From Candidatus Daviesbacteria bacterium (GTDB lineage Bacteria > Patescibacteriota > Microgenomatia > Daviesbacterales > UBA10151), in assembly GCA_016432425.1 (NCBI GenBank), contig CP066688.1, positions 20,368 to 84,367 on the forward strand: DNA of 64,000 nt, given 5' to 3'. Positions 16,469-25,790 of this stretch are shown here, piece after piece. The number at the start of each line of letters is the position of its first letter. Position 1 is the stretch's first letter. The notes beneath the pieces are model-generated. The model had not been told where the DNA came from, ran no database searches, and worked only from the letters and a program-made list of their open reading frames with translations. Position numbers and translations under genes: made by a program.

Positions 16469-17560
16469 TTATGTTTTAGTATCCCGGGAAATATTCAGCA
16501 ATATCCCTACTGCTGTTAAATTTGCCACCAGAGCTGAGCCGCCATAAGAAATAAACGGTAAAGGTACTCCGGTTAAAGGAACCAAGGCTACCATCGATGA
16601 TAAATTAATCACTGTTTGGATTCCCAACCAAACTATCAGCCCTGTAGCTAAAATTTTACCAAAGCGATCTTCGCAGTGGCGGGCAATTTCAAAACCGCGC
16701 AAAATTAACCCCAGAAAAAGCCCAATTAGAACCAAACTTCCCAGAAAACCTAACTCTTCTCCCACAATGGCAAAAATAGAATCAGTAGTTACCTCCGGAA
16801 TAAAGCCAAATTTTTGGCGCGACTGGCCCAAACCTACTCCTGTCAAACCCCCGGAACCAAGCGCAATTAGTACTTGAGAAATATGGTAAGTAAACCCCTG
16901 GGTATCGGAAAAAGGATTTAAAAAAGCGAGTACTCTCTGGAAACGATAACTGGAAGTAAAAATTAAACCCACCACCGCTAAAAGACCGGCTGGTAAAAGC
17001 AGCAAAAAATGCCACCATCTCCCGCCAGAGACAAAATAAATCATTACTGCGGTAGTGGCAAAAACGATGGTTGAACCTAAATCCTTTTGCAAAACTGCGG
17101 TAATGAAAGTAATTAGGGTAAGTAAAATTAAAAATGGTTTGAGCCTGACCCCTTTTTCAAAAATAGTGGCTAAATAAATTACACTGGTTAATTTAATAAT
17201 TTCAGCCGGTTGGATGACAGCAAATTTTAAATTTAACCAGCGATGTGCTCCCCCGCCAGAGACTCCCAGTCCGGGAATAAACACCGCCACCAGCAATATT
17301 AGGGAAAAAAGTAACATTAAAAAAGATAACCTTTTAAAATTATGGTAATTAAAAAAAGTAAAAAATCCAGCTGAGAGAAGGCCAATTATGACCCAAATAA
17401 TTTGTTGGCGAATATAGTAGTAGCTGTCATTAAAATCTTTAACAGCCTCTACCACGGAAGAGTCATAAACCATTACTAAACCAAATAAACTCAAAACTGC
17501 CGTAAAAAATAGCAGTGTATAATCAATTGAGGATGTTTGTTCCTTAAGTTTGATATTCAT
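16469..17560 (-). CDS. ftsW: SEDS-family lipid II flippase/polymerase FtsW
   Basis: It is SEDS-family with about 10 TM segments. The start is reassigned to ATG at 17560 (MNIKLK...), which abuts the mraY stop. The ORF-track start at 17647 would overlap mraY by 90 nt. Confidence 0.8.
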   Translation of the reverse strand: MNIKLKEQTSSIDYTLLFFTAVLSLFGLVMVYDSSVVEAVKDFNDSYYYIRQQIIWVIIGLLSAGFFTFFNYHNFKRLSFLMLLFSLILLVAVFIPGLGVSGGGAHRWLNLKFAVIQPAEIIKLTSVIYLATIFEKGVRLKPFLILLTLITFITAVLQKDLGSTIVFATTAVMIYFVSGGRWWHFLLLLPAGLLAVVGLIFTSSYRFQRVLAFLNPFSDTQGFTYHISQVLIALGSGGLTGVGLGQSRQKFGFIPEVTTDSIFAIVGEELGFLGSLVLIGLFLGLILRGFEIARHCEDRFGKILATGLIVWLGIQTVINLSSMVALVPLTGVPLPFISYGGSALVANLTAVGILLNISRDTKT

Positions 17561-18570
17561 CGGGAAATTAGGGCTAACCAGAGTCCGAAAATAGCAAACA
17601 ATGCTCCTACCAGCCAAAAACGGAAGACAATTTTGGGCTCTTCCCAACCTAAGTATTTAAAATACATATGTATGGGTGCAACCGGTAAAACTTTGTGGTC
17701 AAAAAATTTCTTAGAAACAATTTGAATTAAAGAGGAAGAAATAATTACCACATATACTCCTCCAATAATTGTTAAAGCTAAAATTTTACCGGTTAAAAGT
17801 CCCACTACTGCCAAGGTTGCTCCAAAAGCAAAAGCCCCGGCATCGCCTAGATAAATTCGGGCTGGATAAACATTAAAATACAAAAAGGCAAATAAAGTGC
17901 CCAACCAAATACCGATAAAACTAGCCAAAGTTAGATTCAGGGTGGCGGAAGCTAAAGCCAAAAAAGCGATTAAACAAATTAGCAGCAGGCCAGTTGAGAG
18001 TCCGTCCAAACCATCAGCAATATTATAAGCATTGGAAAAAGAAACAATAATAAAAGCAGCCAGCGGCACATACCAATAGCCAATTACCAAATTACCAATT
18101 CCCGAGATATAAATATTACTCAAACCCACCACTGAATAAAGCATTAAAGCAATTAGGACGGCAAAAATAATCTGGAACAAAAAAATAAATCGTCCCTGAA
18201 TCCCGGCATATTTACCACTAAAAGCAGTCACGATCTTTTTTAGATCATCAAGCAAACCAATTAAACCAAAAGAGAGTAGGGTATAAATTAAAATATGTAA
18301 ATCACTCTGTCCGGTAGAGTTGTTCCACTGACTAAAAAGTAAAGTTAAAATAATAATCACCGCTACCAGCAATATCCCCCCACCCACCGGCGTACCCACA
18401 TCCTTACCTTTGAGAAGCTGGTTATGGATGGGAGTTTTAGTGTCATCATATCCCTTGGGGATTTTCCTTTTATATCGGCGGCGCAGGAAAAATAAGAAAT
18501 CAATAAAAGGCACCATAAAAATACTAGTGATAAAAAAAGACAGTAGTACTAAACCAAGTAAATTAGTCAT
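17557..18570 (-). CDS. mraY: phospho-N-acetylmuramoyl-pentapeptide transferase MraY
   Basis: The polytopic protein carries the MraY/WecA-family motifs NAYNIADGLDGLSTG and LGDAGAFAFGATLAV. Confidence 0.9.
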   Translation of the reverse strand: MTNLLGLVLLSFFITSIFMVPFIDFLFFLRRRYKRKIPKGYDDTKTPIHNQLLKGKDVGTPVGGGILLVAVIIILTLLFSQWNNSTGQSDLHILIYTLLSFGLIGLLDDLKKIVTAFSGKYAGIQGRFIFLFQIIFAVLIALMLYSVVGLSNIYISGIGNLVIGYWYVPLAAFIIVSFSNAYNIADGLDGLSTGLLLICLIAFLALASATLNLTLASFIGIWLGTLFAFLYFNVYPARIYLGDAGAFAFGATLAVVGLLTGKILALTIIGGVYVVIISSSLIQIVSKKFFDHKVLPVAPIHMYFKYLGWEEPKIVFRFWLVGALFAIFGLWLALISR

Positions 18571-19763
18571 TTTTTAGCCACTCGAGCAACTACCTCATCT
18601 AGGCGGACTGAGCGCGAGCCTTTAATTAAGCAAACATCACCTTTACCTAAATATTTTAAGAGTTTGGCAACAATTTGGGAATTTTGTAAATTACTCTCTA
18701 TACTTTGCTCCCAAAATCCTAAACTTTTTAGCTCTTCAGCGATAATTTGGGCGCTACCTCCCCCCAGCAACACCAAATCTGGTTTTTCCCGATAAATTTT
18801 GCGGGCTATCTCACGATGTAAGTCATCAGAATATTTACCTAGTTCCTTCATCTCGCCCAAAACTATAATTTTTCGGCGGGCGGGAATTTTCATTAAAGTA
18901 TCAATGGCTGCACAAGCAGCAGCGGGAGATGAATTATAGGTATCATCTAAAATAACTGAGTTATTCGGCCCCATTATTGGTTGTAGACGATGATCAGCTG
19001 GAGTCATTGACTCGAGGGCATTTTTGATTTTTATTAAAGGAACTCCATTACTAATTCCCAAAGCTGCGGCCGCTAAGGCCGGATAAACCTGATGTTCCCC
19101 CAACAGCTGATATTCAACTCTCACCCGTTCGACTCCATAATTTAGCTCAAAAATAGTTTTAAAATCTTCAATTTTAATATTCCCGGCCCAAACCTCACAA
19201 TTTTTACTATCAGTTCCAAAATAAATTACCTCAGCTTCAGTCGCTTCTTTTAACTTACGGGTATAAATATCATCATAATTTAAAATCGCCAGGCCATCTT
19301 GGGGCAGTTGGGCGACTAATTTACCTTTTTCCGCCATAATCTGCTCTACTCCACCCAAGAATTCGCTGTGAGCAAAATAGATTCTGGTGACGATGGCTGT
19401 TTTAGGCTTTACCAAGGATAAATAAAAATCCATTTCCCCCGGGTATTCTATGCCCATTTCTAAAATAACCTTTTTGATCTTGGGGGTAATTTTTAAAATA
19501 GTCAGGGGTATATTTAAAATCGGGTCTAAACTAACCTGAGAAGAAAGGGTGGGAAACTTTTTTGATAACACTGCTTGACATGCCAAAACGCAAGTAGTTT
19601 TACCGACTGAACCGGTCACGCCCACAAAAAGCTGCCGGGAAAAAAGTTTGGCATATTGACGAGCCAAAAAAATTCTAATCAGATGAAAAGGTTTTTTAAA
19701 AACAGAAATCCTGGTTTGATAAGGTGTTACCTGAGTCCAAATAGGATGTGAGCTAATGTCCAT
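18567..19763 (-). CDS. murF: Mur ligase, probably UDP-MurNAc-tripeptide:D-Ala-D-Ala ligase MurF (short N-terminus)
   Basis: The P-loop VGVTGSVGKTT and Mur ligase middle and C-terminal domains are present, and it sits in the dcw position between murE and mraY. At 398 aa, the N-terminal domain is shorter than in E. coli MurF. Confidence 0.7.
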   Translation of the reverse strand: MDISSHPIWTQVTPYQTRISVFKKPFHLIRIFLARQYAKLFSRQLFVGVTGSVGKTTCVLACQAVLSKKFPTLSSQVSLDPILNIPLTILKITPKIKKVILEMGIEYPGEMDFYLSLVKPKTAIVTRIYFAHSEFLGGVEQIMAEKGKLVAQLPQDGLAILNYDDIYTRKLKEATEAEVIYFGTDSKNCEVWAGNIKIEDFKTIFELNYGVERVRVEYQLLGEHQVYPALAAAALGISNGVPLIKIKNALESMTPADHRLQPIMGPNNSVILDDTYNSSPAAACAAIDTLMKIPARRKIIVLGEMKELGKYSDDLHREIARKIYREKPDLVLLGGGSAQIIAEELKSLGFWEQSIESNLQNSQIVAKLLKYLGKGDVCLIKGSRSVRLDEVVARVAKK

Positions 19764-19822
19764 TTTTAGATTATAACGGAACGTTACAAGAAGCGCTAGC
19801 GATTATACAAAAACAGGATTAA

Positions 19823-20410
19823 TTAATCGCTCGCCGCTTTAATCTTAAAAGTAGCTGACAAAATTACTTCCCTACCCAGTTTTAAGTTTTTGGGAGAAAT
19901 ATTTTCTATTTTGGAAGAAGGTGTGAGAATTCTGACTTTTTCTGCTGCTTGCTGCAGCAAGGCATTAATAAACAAATTTCCTCCAATTGATCCGGGTAAA
20001 CCAACAAAACTTTCACTTTTCAACCCCTGCTTAATTAAAAATTCCACAAAATTTCCGATGGTAACCCCAGAATCTGCTTCTACCAGAGCCTCTTCTACCC
20101 CAATGCCGAATTTAGAAACTTTACCTTTAATGGAGACTACTTTCATATCCTGGGAGCGATTTTTAATCACCAAACCTTCAAAACCTCTATCCGCAATTGC
20201 CATTTTGCTCCCCGTGCCGAAAAGTAAAAAGGGGATTTTTAATTGGCGGCAGTAGTCAATGACTTTAATAATTTCTCGCTGATTTGTAGCTACGAAAAAA
20301 AGTTTGGCCGGACCACCCAGTTTTAAGACAGTGTGATCAGATAATAGCTCATCTGTTTTGAATAAATTTTGTCCCAAGGAGCTGACAATTAATTTTAATT
20401 TAGTGTCCAT
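19823..20410 (-). CDS. MurB-like FAD-binding domain protein (C-terminal substrate domain absent)
   Basis: LKLGGPAKLFFVATNQREI...IPFLLFGTGSKMAIADRGFEGLVIKN...GLPGSIGGNLFINA matches the MurB N-terminal FAD-binding domain. The frame stops after 195 aa, and only 59 nt separate it from murF. Confidence 0.5.
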   Translation of the reverse strand: MDTKLKLIVSSLGQNLFKTDELLSDHTVLKLGGPAKLFFVATNQREIIKVIDYCRQLKIPFLLFGTGSKMAIADRGFEGLVIKNRSQDMKVVSIKGKVSKFGIGVEEALVEADSGVTIGNFVEFLIKQGLKSESFVGLPGSIGGNLFINALLQQAAEKVRILTPSSKIENISPKNLKLGREVILSATFKIKAASD

Positions 20411-21617
20411 TTAAATACTTTTTAGCTACCTTTACATCTGACCAGGGAATTTCTGTTTTTCCGTCATAATTCATTGAAGTTTCATGTCCTTTACCAAAAA
20501 CTCCCACTGTATCATCCCTGCGAGCTAATTTCCTAATAGCAAATTCAATAGCTTTTTCCCGGTCACCCACCACAAAATAATCTTTATTCTCCTTAAACTG
20601 GTGATTAACACCGGCAACAATTTGTTGATTAATACTATCCAGTAATCCCCGAGGGTCTTCGGCAGTAATTACAGTAAGATCGGCTAAACTAGTCGAAATT
20701 CTTCCCATTAAGGGCCGTTTTTTTTCGTCACGCAACCCGGCACAGCCAAAAACAGAGATTAATCTACCTTTAGTTTCTTTCCTTAAAGTCTTCAAAGCTT
20801 GTTCTAAGGCGTTAGGTGTATGGGCAAAATCTACAATAACTTTAATACCTCGAGAATTTTTCAATACCTGCATACGACCACTCAAGTTAGAGAAATTTTC
20901 TAATGTTTGCTTAATTATTTTGTGATCTATCCCTAACTCAGAAGCTACTGCCGCAGCTGCTAAACCGTTAAGCAAATTATATTCCCCCAACATTTTTATT
21001 TTTAAAGGTAATTTAATAGGATTAAAATCAGCAGTTTTCGAAAAACCAAAGCTGATTATGTTAGACATCGAATGTGTTAAGTGAACCAACCTCTCAAAGT
21101 GTTTTTCGTCACGATTTAAAACAGCTACCTTAATATCTTTTATGAGTTTGGCTTTAGTCTGAAAATAATTTTCCCAAGTTTGGTGGTAATCTAAATGGTC
21201 ATGAGTAATGTTGGTGATAACTCCTATGTTAAATTTAATACCCCAAAATCGGAATTGATCCAAGGCATGAGAGGTTACTTCCAAAATTAAATATTCGTCT
21301 CCATGATCCAAAGCTTGTTTGGCAAATCTTTGGACCATAAAAGGGTCAGGGGAAGTCACATGGAAACCGGTATCTACCACCTTACCGGCAATTTCTGCAT
21401 TAACAGTGGAAACCATGGAAACTTTTTTGTTAGCCTCTTTAAGAATTTGATAAACCATATTGGTAGTGGTGGTTTTACCATCAGTACCGGTTATACCAAT
21501 CACAGTTAGTTTCCTGCTGGGAAATCCATAATAAATATTAGCCAAAATAGCTTTGGGTAAATGGAAAAAGATATTAATAATTTTTTGGGATAGCAAAGAT
21601 TTGATAAATTTTTTCAC
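20400..21617 (-). CDS. murE: Mur ligase, probably UDP-MurNAc-L-Ala-D-Glu:diamino-acid ligase MurE (short N-terminus)
   Basis: The P-loop GITGTDGKTTTT and a C-terminal ITAEDPRG resembling the MurE DNPR motif are present. It is in the dcw position after ftsI. At 405 aa the N-terminal domain is reduced. Confidence 0.7.
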   Translation of the reverse strand: MKKFIKSLLSQKIINIFFHLPKAILANIYYGFPSRKLTVIGITGTDGKTTTTNMVYQILKEANKKVSMVSTVNAEIAGKVVDTGFHVTSPDPFMVQRFAKQALDHGDEYLILEVTSHALDQFRFWGIKFNIGVITNITHDHLDYHQTWENYFQTKAKLIKDIKVAVLNRDEKHFERLVHLTHSMSNIISFGFSKTADFNPIKLPLKIKMLGEYNLLNGLAAAAVASELGIDHKIIKQTLENFSNLSGRMQVLKNSRGIKVIVDFAHTPNALEQALKTLRKETKGRLISVFGCAGLRDEKKRPLMGRISTSLADLTVITAEDPRGLLDSINQQIVAGVNHQFKENKDYFVVGDREKAIEFAIRKLARRDDTVGVFGKGHETSMNYDGKTEIPWSDVKVAKKYLNGH

Positions 21618-21741
21618 TGAAGCTAATTATAGCAAAAGAAGTCTTAAAAATTAACTTTGAGAGGACATCTGCTTTTCAATAAATCTTATTCTTACTCTTT
21701 CCAAAATATCAGTATTGACGATATTTAATTGATAATATTTT

Positions 21742-21772
21742 TTTCAAAGTATATACGGCCGTAAAGAGTTTG
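21742..21772. repeat. left copy of an imperfect 31-bp direct repeat with ACGGCCGT palindrome core
   Basis: TTTCAAAGTATATACGGCCGTAAAGAGTTTG matches the right copy at 22282-22312 at 23 of 31 positions, and at 16 of 18 in the core ACGGCCGTARAKAGTTTG. Confidence 0.6.
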
Positions 21773-21779
21773 AAATAGA

Positions 21780-22280
21780 TTAATCTACATTATCAGTTTC
21801 AATCACCTTAACCCAGTCTTTAATTCCTATACTTTTGATGAACTCTCTTAACGGTTTTGTACAATCCTTTTTTGTTACCCAAACACTTTGCTGCCAAGGA
21901 AGAAACTCCCAACTTTTGAGTTTTTGTCTCAAGAGATCCCTTACTACTCGTCTTTTTTCGGGAATGTCAAAAATAACTATTCTCCATTTACCATCCCACT
22001 TATCTTCATTTATTAATAATTTTGTCAGTACCGCTTTCTCCTTCCCTTTATCCGTCAACTTTATTACTAACGTTTCATCATCAACAAAATCAATTAGACC
22101 ATTTTCTCGAAGTCTTCTAATCGCATTAGACAAAGCTGATTTATTTAATGGATAGTCCCAACCACTTCCCCAGGCATAATATTTTGGTTTGTGGATTAAA
22201 TCATCAAACCTCACATATCCATCAACTGTTTTTTCTAAAATTAGGAGAATTAATTTAGATAAACTTTTCTTTTTATACAT
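21780..22280 (-). CDS. PaaX-like winged-helix regulator (PaaX C-terminal domain pattern)
   Basis: DGKWRIVIFDIPEKRRVVRDLLRQKLKSWEFLPWQQSVWV matches the PaaX_C signature (W..V.F.IPE..R..R..LR..L...GF..L..SVWV). It has a 160-aa winged-helix N-terminus. It interrupts the dcw order between ftsI and murE. Confidence 0.55.
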   Translation of the reverse strand: MYKKKSLSKLILLILEKTVDGYVRFDDLIHKPKYYAWGSGWDYPLNKSALSNAIRRLRENGLIDFVDDETLVIKLTDKGKEKAVLTKLLINEDKWDGKWRIVIFDIPEKRRVVRDLLRQKLKSWEFLPWQQSVWVTKKDCTKPLREFIKSIGIKDWVKVIETDNVD

Positions 22281-22281
22281 G

Positions 22282-22312
22282 TTTCAAGATTATCACGGCC
22301 GTAGATAGTTTG
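22282..22312. repeat. right copy of an imperfect 31-bp direct repeat with ACGGCCGT palindrome core
   Basis: TTTCAAGATTATCACGGCCGTAGATAGTTTG. See the left copy at 21742-21772. A third related copy lies at 33111-33131. Confidence 0.6.
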
Positions 22313-22410
22313 TCGATTGAAAAAAACATTAGAAAATACAACAACCGCACAAGTGGAACATGATAGTGCCTTTGATGAAATTACAAGAGAAGTTATCTAT
22401 AAATAGGTCT

Positions 22411-24108
22411 TTATTCTTCTGGTGCAATTTTGTAGTAGGTAAAAAGATCTTGAGTAATCTTAAAAAAGGTGGGGGCGGCTGTTTCTGCTCCAAAGATTGA
22501 GGCTGAAGGTTGATCAAAACGCACCAGCATGACAAATTTAGGATGGTCAGCCGGAGCAAATCCGATAAAAGAAGCAATTGTTTTAGTGGGGTCATAATGG
22601 CCGGCCACCGGAATCTGAGCCGTACCAGTTTTTCCGGCAATTTTGAAACCTTTAGGTTTGGCAAATTTGGCCTCTCCCTCATCCACCGCTTTGACCATCA
22701 TTTCTTTCACAACTTGAGCGGCATTTTCTGATATGACATTTCTGATTACCCTAGGTTTGATTTCAAAAGTCGAGTTACCATCAACAATTGATTTGACTAC
22801 CTGTGGCTCCATCAAATTCCCCCCATTGGCAATGGCCGAAACTGCTGTGACCATTTGAATAGGAGTTATGGCAATACCCTGGCCAAAAGAGGTAGTTGCC
22901 AGATCAATCTCCCGCCAATTCTTTTTAGGACGAAGTGTGGGTGCAGTTTCATCTTGCAGATCAATATCAGTGGAACCGTCAAAGCCAAATTTTTGTAAAT
23001 AGGCATAAAATTTATCAAGCCCCAGTTTCCGGCTGGTAAATACCATTCCCGTATTATCTGAGTGGATGATTACATCTGTCATGGTTAAGCCGGGACGATA
23101 CTTGTTATCCCAAGTTCGAATCGAGTAATCATTCACTTGTACCGGCCCGCTACAGATATCACATTTAGTATCGCTTTTAACTACATCTTCATTAATAGCA
23201 GCTGACATCACCAGTACTTTAAAAGTAGAACCAGGTTCATATTGGTCAGCTACCACAGCATTTTTATAGTAGTCTTTAGGAAAATTACTAAATCTCAGTG
23301 GATCATAGTTAGGGTAAGCAGCTAGGGCTAAAATTGCTCCGGTATAAGGCTCCATTACCACCGCCGAGGCAGCCTTGGCCCCATACCGCTCCATAGATTC
23401 CTGTAAATATTTTTCCACCGTGTATTGAACTACCCGGTCCAAATTTAAGTTCAAATTTTTGCCATCTTTGGGAGAGTTACCTAAAAATCTGCCGATTAAA
23501 ATCGGCAGGCCAAAAACATCTTTTTCGCTAATTGCCGCCCCAGGAACCCCTCTCAACTCTCCATCATAAAATCCTTCTATTCCAAAATAACCGGTTGGCT
23601 CTCCGCGAGCGTCAGAGCCGACAAATCCCAAAAGCTTAGCAGAGGAAGATCCTTCCGGATAAAATCTGGTGCTGGTATTTTGGAAACCTATTCCTGGTAA
23701 ATTACTTTGCTCTACTTTTTTTTTAAGTGTTAAATCAATATTTTTTTTTAACTGTACCCAATATAAATCTTGAGATAAACTCTCTGAAAAACTCTGTTTT
23801 AAAGATATTTCCTCGGTTTCATCATTTGCTAAAATTTTTGCAAGTTTTGTAGAAACTTGCTTTTTTTGCTCTTCTGATAATGTTTTCGGCAAACCATAGA
23901 GATTAAAGACAAGTTGGGAGCTAGCTAAAATGCTTCCGTCAGAAAAATAAATCTGACCCCGAGTGGCAGGTTGTAGCTGCTCTTGCAGATGTTGCCGGTC
24001 AGCAGTGGCCGCCAAAAAATCGCCGCGCAACATTTGCCAATAAAATAATCTAGAGATAATTAAGGCAATGAAGATTAGGAAAAAAATCCGTAAAATTTTT
24101 AGCCTCAT
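22411..24108 (-). CDS. ftsI: class B penicillin-binding protein / FtsI transpeptidase
   Basis: An N-terminal TM anchor is followed by the active-site triad STFK, SDN (HSDNTG) and KTGT. Confidence 0.85.
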   Translation of the reverse strand: MRLKILRIFFLIFIALIISRLFYWQMLRGDFLAATADRQHLQEQLQPATRGQIYFSDGSILASSQLVFNLYGLPKTLSEEQKKQVSTKLAKILANDETEEISLKQSFSESLSQDLYWVQLKKNIDLTLKKKVEQSNLPGIGFQNTSTRFYPEGSSSAKLLGFVGSDARGEPTGYFGIEGFYDGELRGVPGAAISEKDVFGLPILIGRFLGNSPKDGKNLNLNLDRVVQYTVEKYLQESMERYGAKAASAVVMEPYTGAILALAAYPNYDPLRFSNFPKDYYKNAVVADQYEPGSTFKVLVMSAAINEDVVKSDTKCDICSGPVQVNDYSIRTWDNKYRPGLTMTDVIIHSDNTGMVFTSRKLGLDKFYAYLQKFGFDGSTDIDLQDETAPTLRPKKNWREIDLATTSFGQGIAITPIQMVTAVSAIANGGNLMEPQVVKSIVDGNSTFEIKPRVIRNVISENAAQVVKEMMVKAVDEGEAKFAKPKGFKIAGKTGTAQIPVAGHYDPTKTIASFIGFAPADHPKFVMLVRFDQPSASIFGAETAAPTFFKITQDLFTYYKIAPEE

Positions 24109-24129
24109 AATGTAATTAGAAAGTCCCCT

Positions 24130-24399
24130 TCATTCAGATAAATATTGTACGGCTTTTGCTTTGGAAAAGCCAAGGTTGGCAGCAGCTGAGGCGATATAAC
24201 TCAGGGAAGAAATACTGGCCAAATTGTTTTCCAGGCGCAAATTCTCCCAGTTAATTTCTTGTTGCAGTTTATTAATTTGTACTAATTTTTCTCCCAAACT
24301 AGCGGTAGTATTATTGGCCCAAATTTTTAAAATGGCCAAAATTAAAAGTAGGGCCAAACCGGCTACCAAGTATTTACGCCAATCCTTAATCTGGTTCAT
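24130..24399 (-). CDS. ftsL: FtsL-like small bitopic division protein
   Basis: It is 89 aa with a single TM helix and a coiled-coil, placed between rsmH and ftsI. The call rests on context. Confidence 0.5.
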   Translation of the reverse strand: MNQIKDWRKYLVAGLALLLILAILKIWANNTTASLGEKLVQINKLQQEINWENLRLENNLASISSLSYIASAAANLGFSKAKAVQYLSE

Positions 24400-25280
24400 G
24401 AAACTAATTTTTGAAAAACTCTAAGTTTGGCTGACCTGGCTCGGGGATTTTGATTAATTTCTCTCTCGCTGGGAAGTAAAGGTTTTTTAAAACTACTCTC
24501 ACCCAGCCCCATATTTTGCCAGTGGCGAAAAATGTTTTTCACCGCTCTATCCTCTAATGAGTGAAAACTAATCACTAAGACTAATCCGTCTTTTTCTACC
24601 ACTTTTAAACTTGCTTCCAAACCTTCTTTTAGAGCATTTAGTTCATCATTAACAGCTATCCTCAAGGCCTGGAAAATTTTGGTGGCGGGGTGAATTTTGC
24701 CACTTCTACCCACCTCTTTTTCAATTACCCGGGCTAAATCACCAGTTGTCTTAATTACTGGACGGGCGCTGACCACAGCAGCAGCCAGCTTGCGAGCAAA
24801 TTTTTCTTCACCCAATTTAGTAAATAATTCATTAAGTTCTCCTTTGTTTAAACCACGGATCAGATCCAAAGCAGTTACCGAAAGCTTTGGGTCCATCCTC
24901 ATATCCAGAGGGCCTTCTCTTAAAAAAGAAAAACCCCGCTCCGGAGTTTCTAGTTGTAGACTGGAAACCCCTAGATCAAAAATTACACCAAGAAATTTTT
25001 GATCGATTCCCGTCTGTGCTATTAAATTAGTTAAATCGCGAAAATTACCTTCAATTAATTGATACTGCTTCGCTGGAATTCCCTCTTGCTCAAACCTTTG
25101 GCTAGCTCTCTCTAGGGCTTGGGGGTCAACATCTATCCCCACTAGTTTACTTCCCTGCTTCAAAATTTCTAAACTATGTCCACCATCCCCCAAAGTACAA
25201 TCTAAATACCAGGCACCTTTTTGAATATGTAAGGCTACTAAAGTTTCCTTAAGAAGAACGGACTTATGATAAGTTTTCAT
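24396..25280 (-). CDS. rsmH: 16S rRNA (cytosine1402-N4)-methyltransferase RsmH (MraW)
   Basis: HKSVLLKETL...YLDCTLGDGGHS is the RsmH SAM-binding N-terminus, and the gene is in the canonical position after mraZ. Confidence 0.9.
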   Translation of the reverse strand: MKTYHKSVLLKETLVALHIQKGAWYLDCTLGDGGHSLEILKQGSKLVGIDVDPQALERASQRFEQEGIPAKQYQLIEGNFRDLTNLIAQTGIDQKFLGVIFDLGVSSLQLETPERGFSFLREGPLDMRMDPKLSVTALDLIRGLNKGELNELFTKLGEEKFARKLAAAVVSARPVIKTTGDLARVIEKEVGRSGKIHPATKIFQALRIAVNDELNALKEGLEASLKVVEKDGLVLVISFHSLEDRAVKNIFRHWQNMGLGESSFKKPLLPSEREINQNPRARSAKLRVFQKLVS

Positions 25281-25656
25281 ACTCTTCCTTCAGTTTAGCT
25301 AATTTTTCCTGCCAACGCGACTTGTCCCAAATCTCAAAATGATCACCCACTCCGATAATAACTATTTCCGAACCTAATTTTGCTAACTCTAAGAGAGTGG
25401 CAGGAATAACCAATCTTCCCTGATGATCCAACTCTGCGGAGTAGCTAGCAGAAAAAATTAATCGGCGCTCATCTAAAATCCGCTCTTCTAATTTAAAAGT
25501 GCTTTCCCAATCTTGCCGTGAATAACCTTCAATTACCTCTTCTTCTATCCTTAAAACTAGTTTTTTACCATTGATCTCTTCCCGTAGGCTTTTGGGCAGA
25601 ACCACCCTGCCAACACCAACAAATTTCATTTCAAACTGGCCTAAAAACATACTCAT
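25264..25656 (-). CDS. mraZ: transcriptional regulator MraZ
   Basis: The duplicated MraZ/SpoVT-AbrB domain is present (FLGQFEMKFVGVGRVVLPKSLRE... and ...RLVIPATLLELAKL), as the first gene of the dcw cluster. Confidence 0.9.
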   Translation of the reverse strand: MSMFLGQFEMKFVGVGRVVLPKSLREEINGKKLVLRIEEEVIEGYSRQDWESTFKLEERILDERRLIFSASYSAELDHQGRLVIPATLLELAKLGSEIVIIGVGDHFEIWDKSRWQEKLAKLKEEYENLS

Positions 25657-25718
25657 GCACGTATTAGGCAGTAACTACTTCCAATCTCAATCTTTCCCAA
25701 CCTTTTATCGTCTTTTCA

Positions 25719-25744
25719 CGCCATCTATCACCATCATGCACCAT
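25719..25744 (-). promoter_or_regulatory. candidate MraZ operator: three ATGGYG direct repeats at exact 10-bp spacing upstream of mraZ
   Basis: On the minus strand these read ATGGTG-cATG-ATGGTG-ATAG-ATGGCG (plus-strand CRCCAT at 25719, 25729 and 25739). A TTGACA -35 hexamer lies at 25762-25757 on the minus strand, about 12 nt upstream. Confidence 0.4.
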
Positions 25745-25790
25745 TTTTCACATCCTTGTCAATGGGTATTTTAAAAGAATAGGTGTAAAG

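Noticed and set aside
19764-19822. Inverted repeat GCGATTA...TAATCGC between the murB-like gene and murF as a terminator
   Set aside because: There is no T-run on either strand, and it lies inside a co-directional operon. It is more likely fortuitous or a minor RNA structure.
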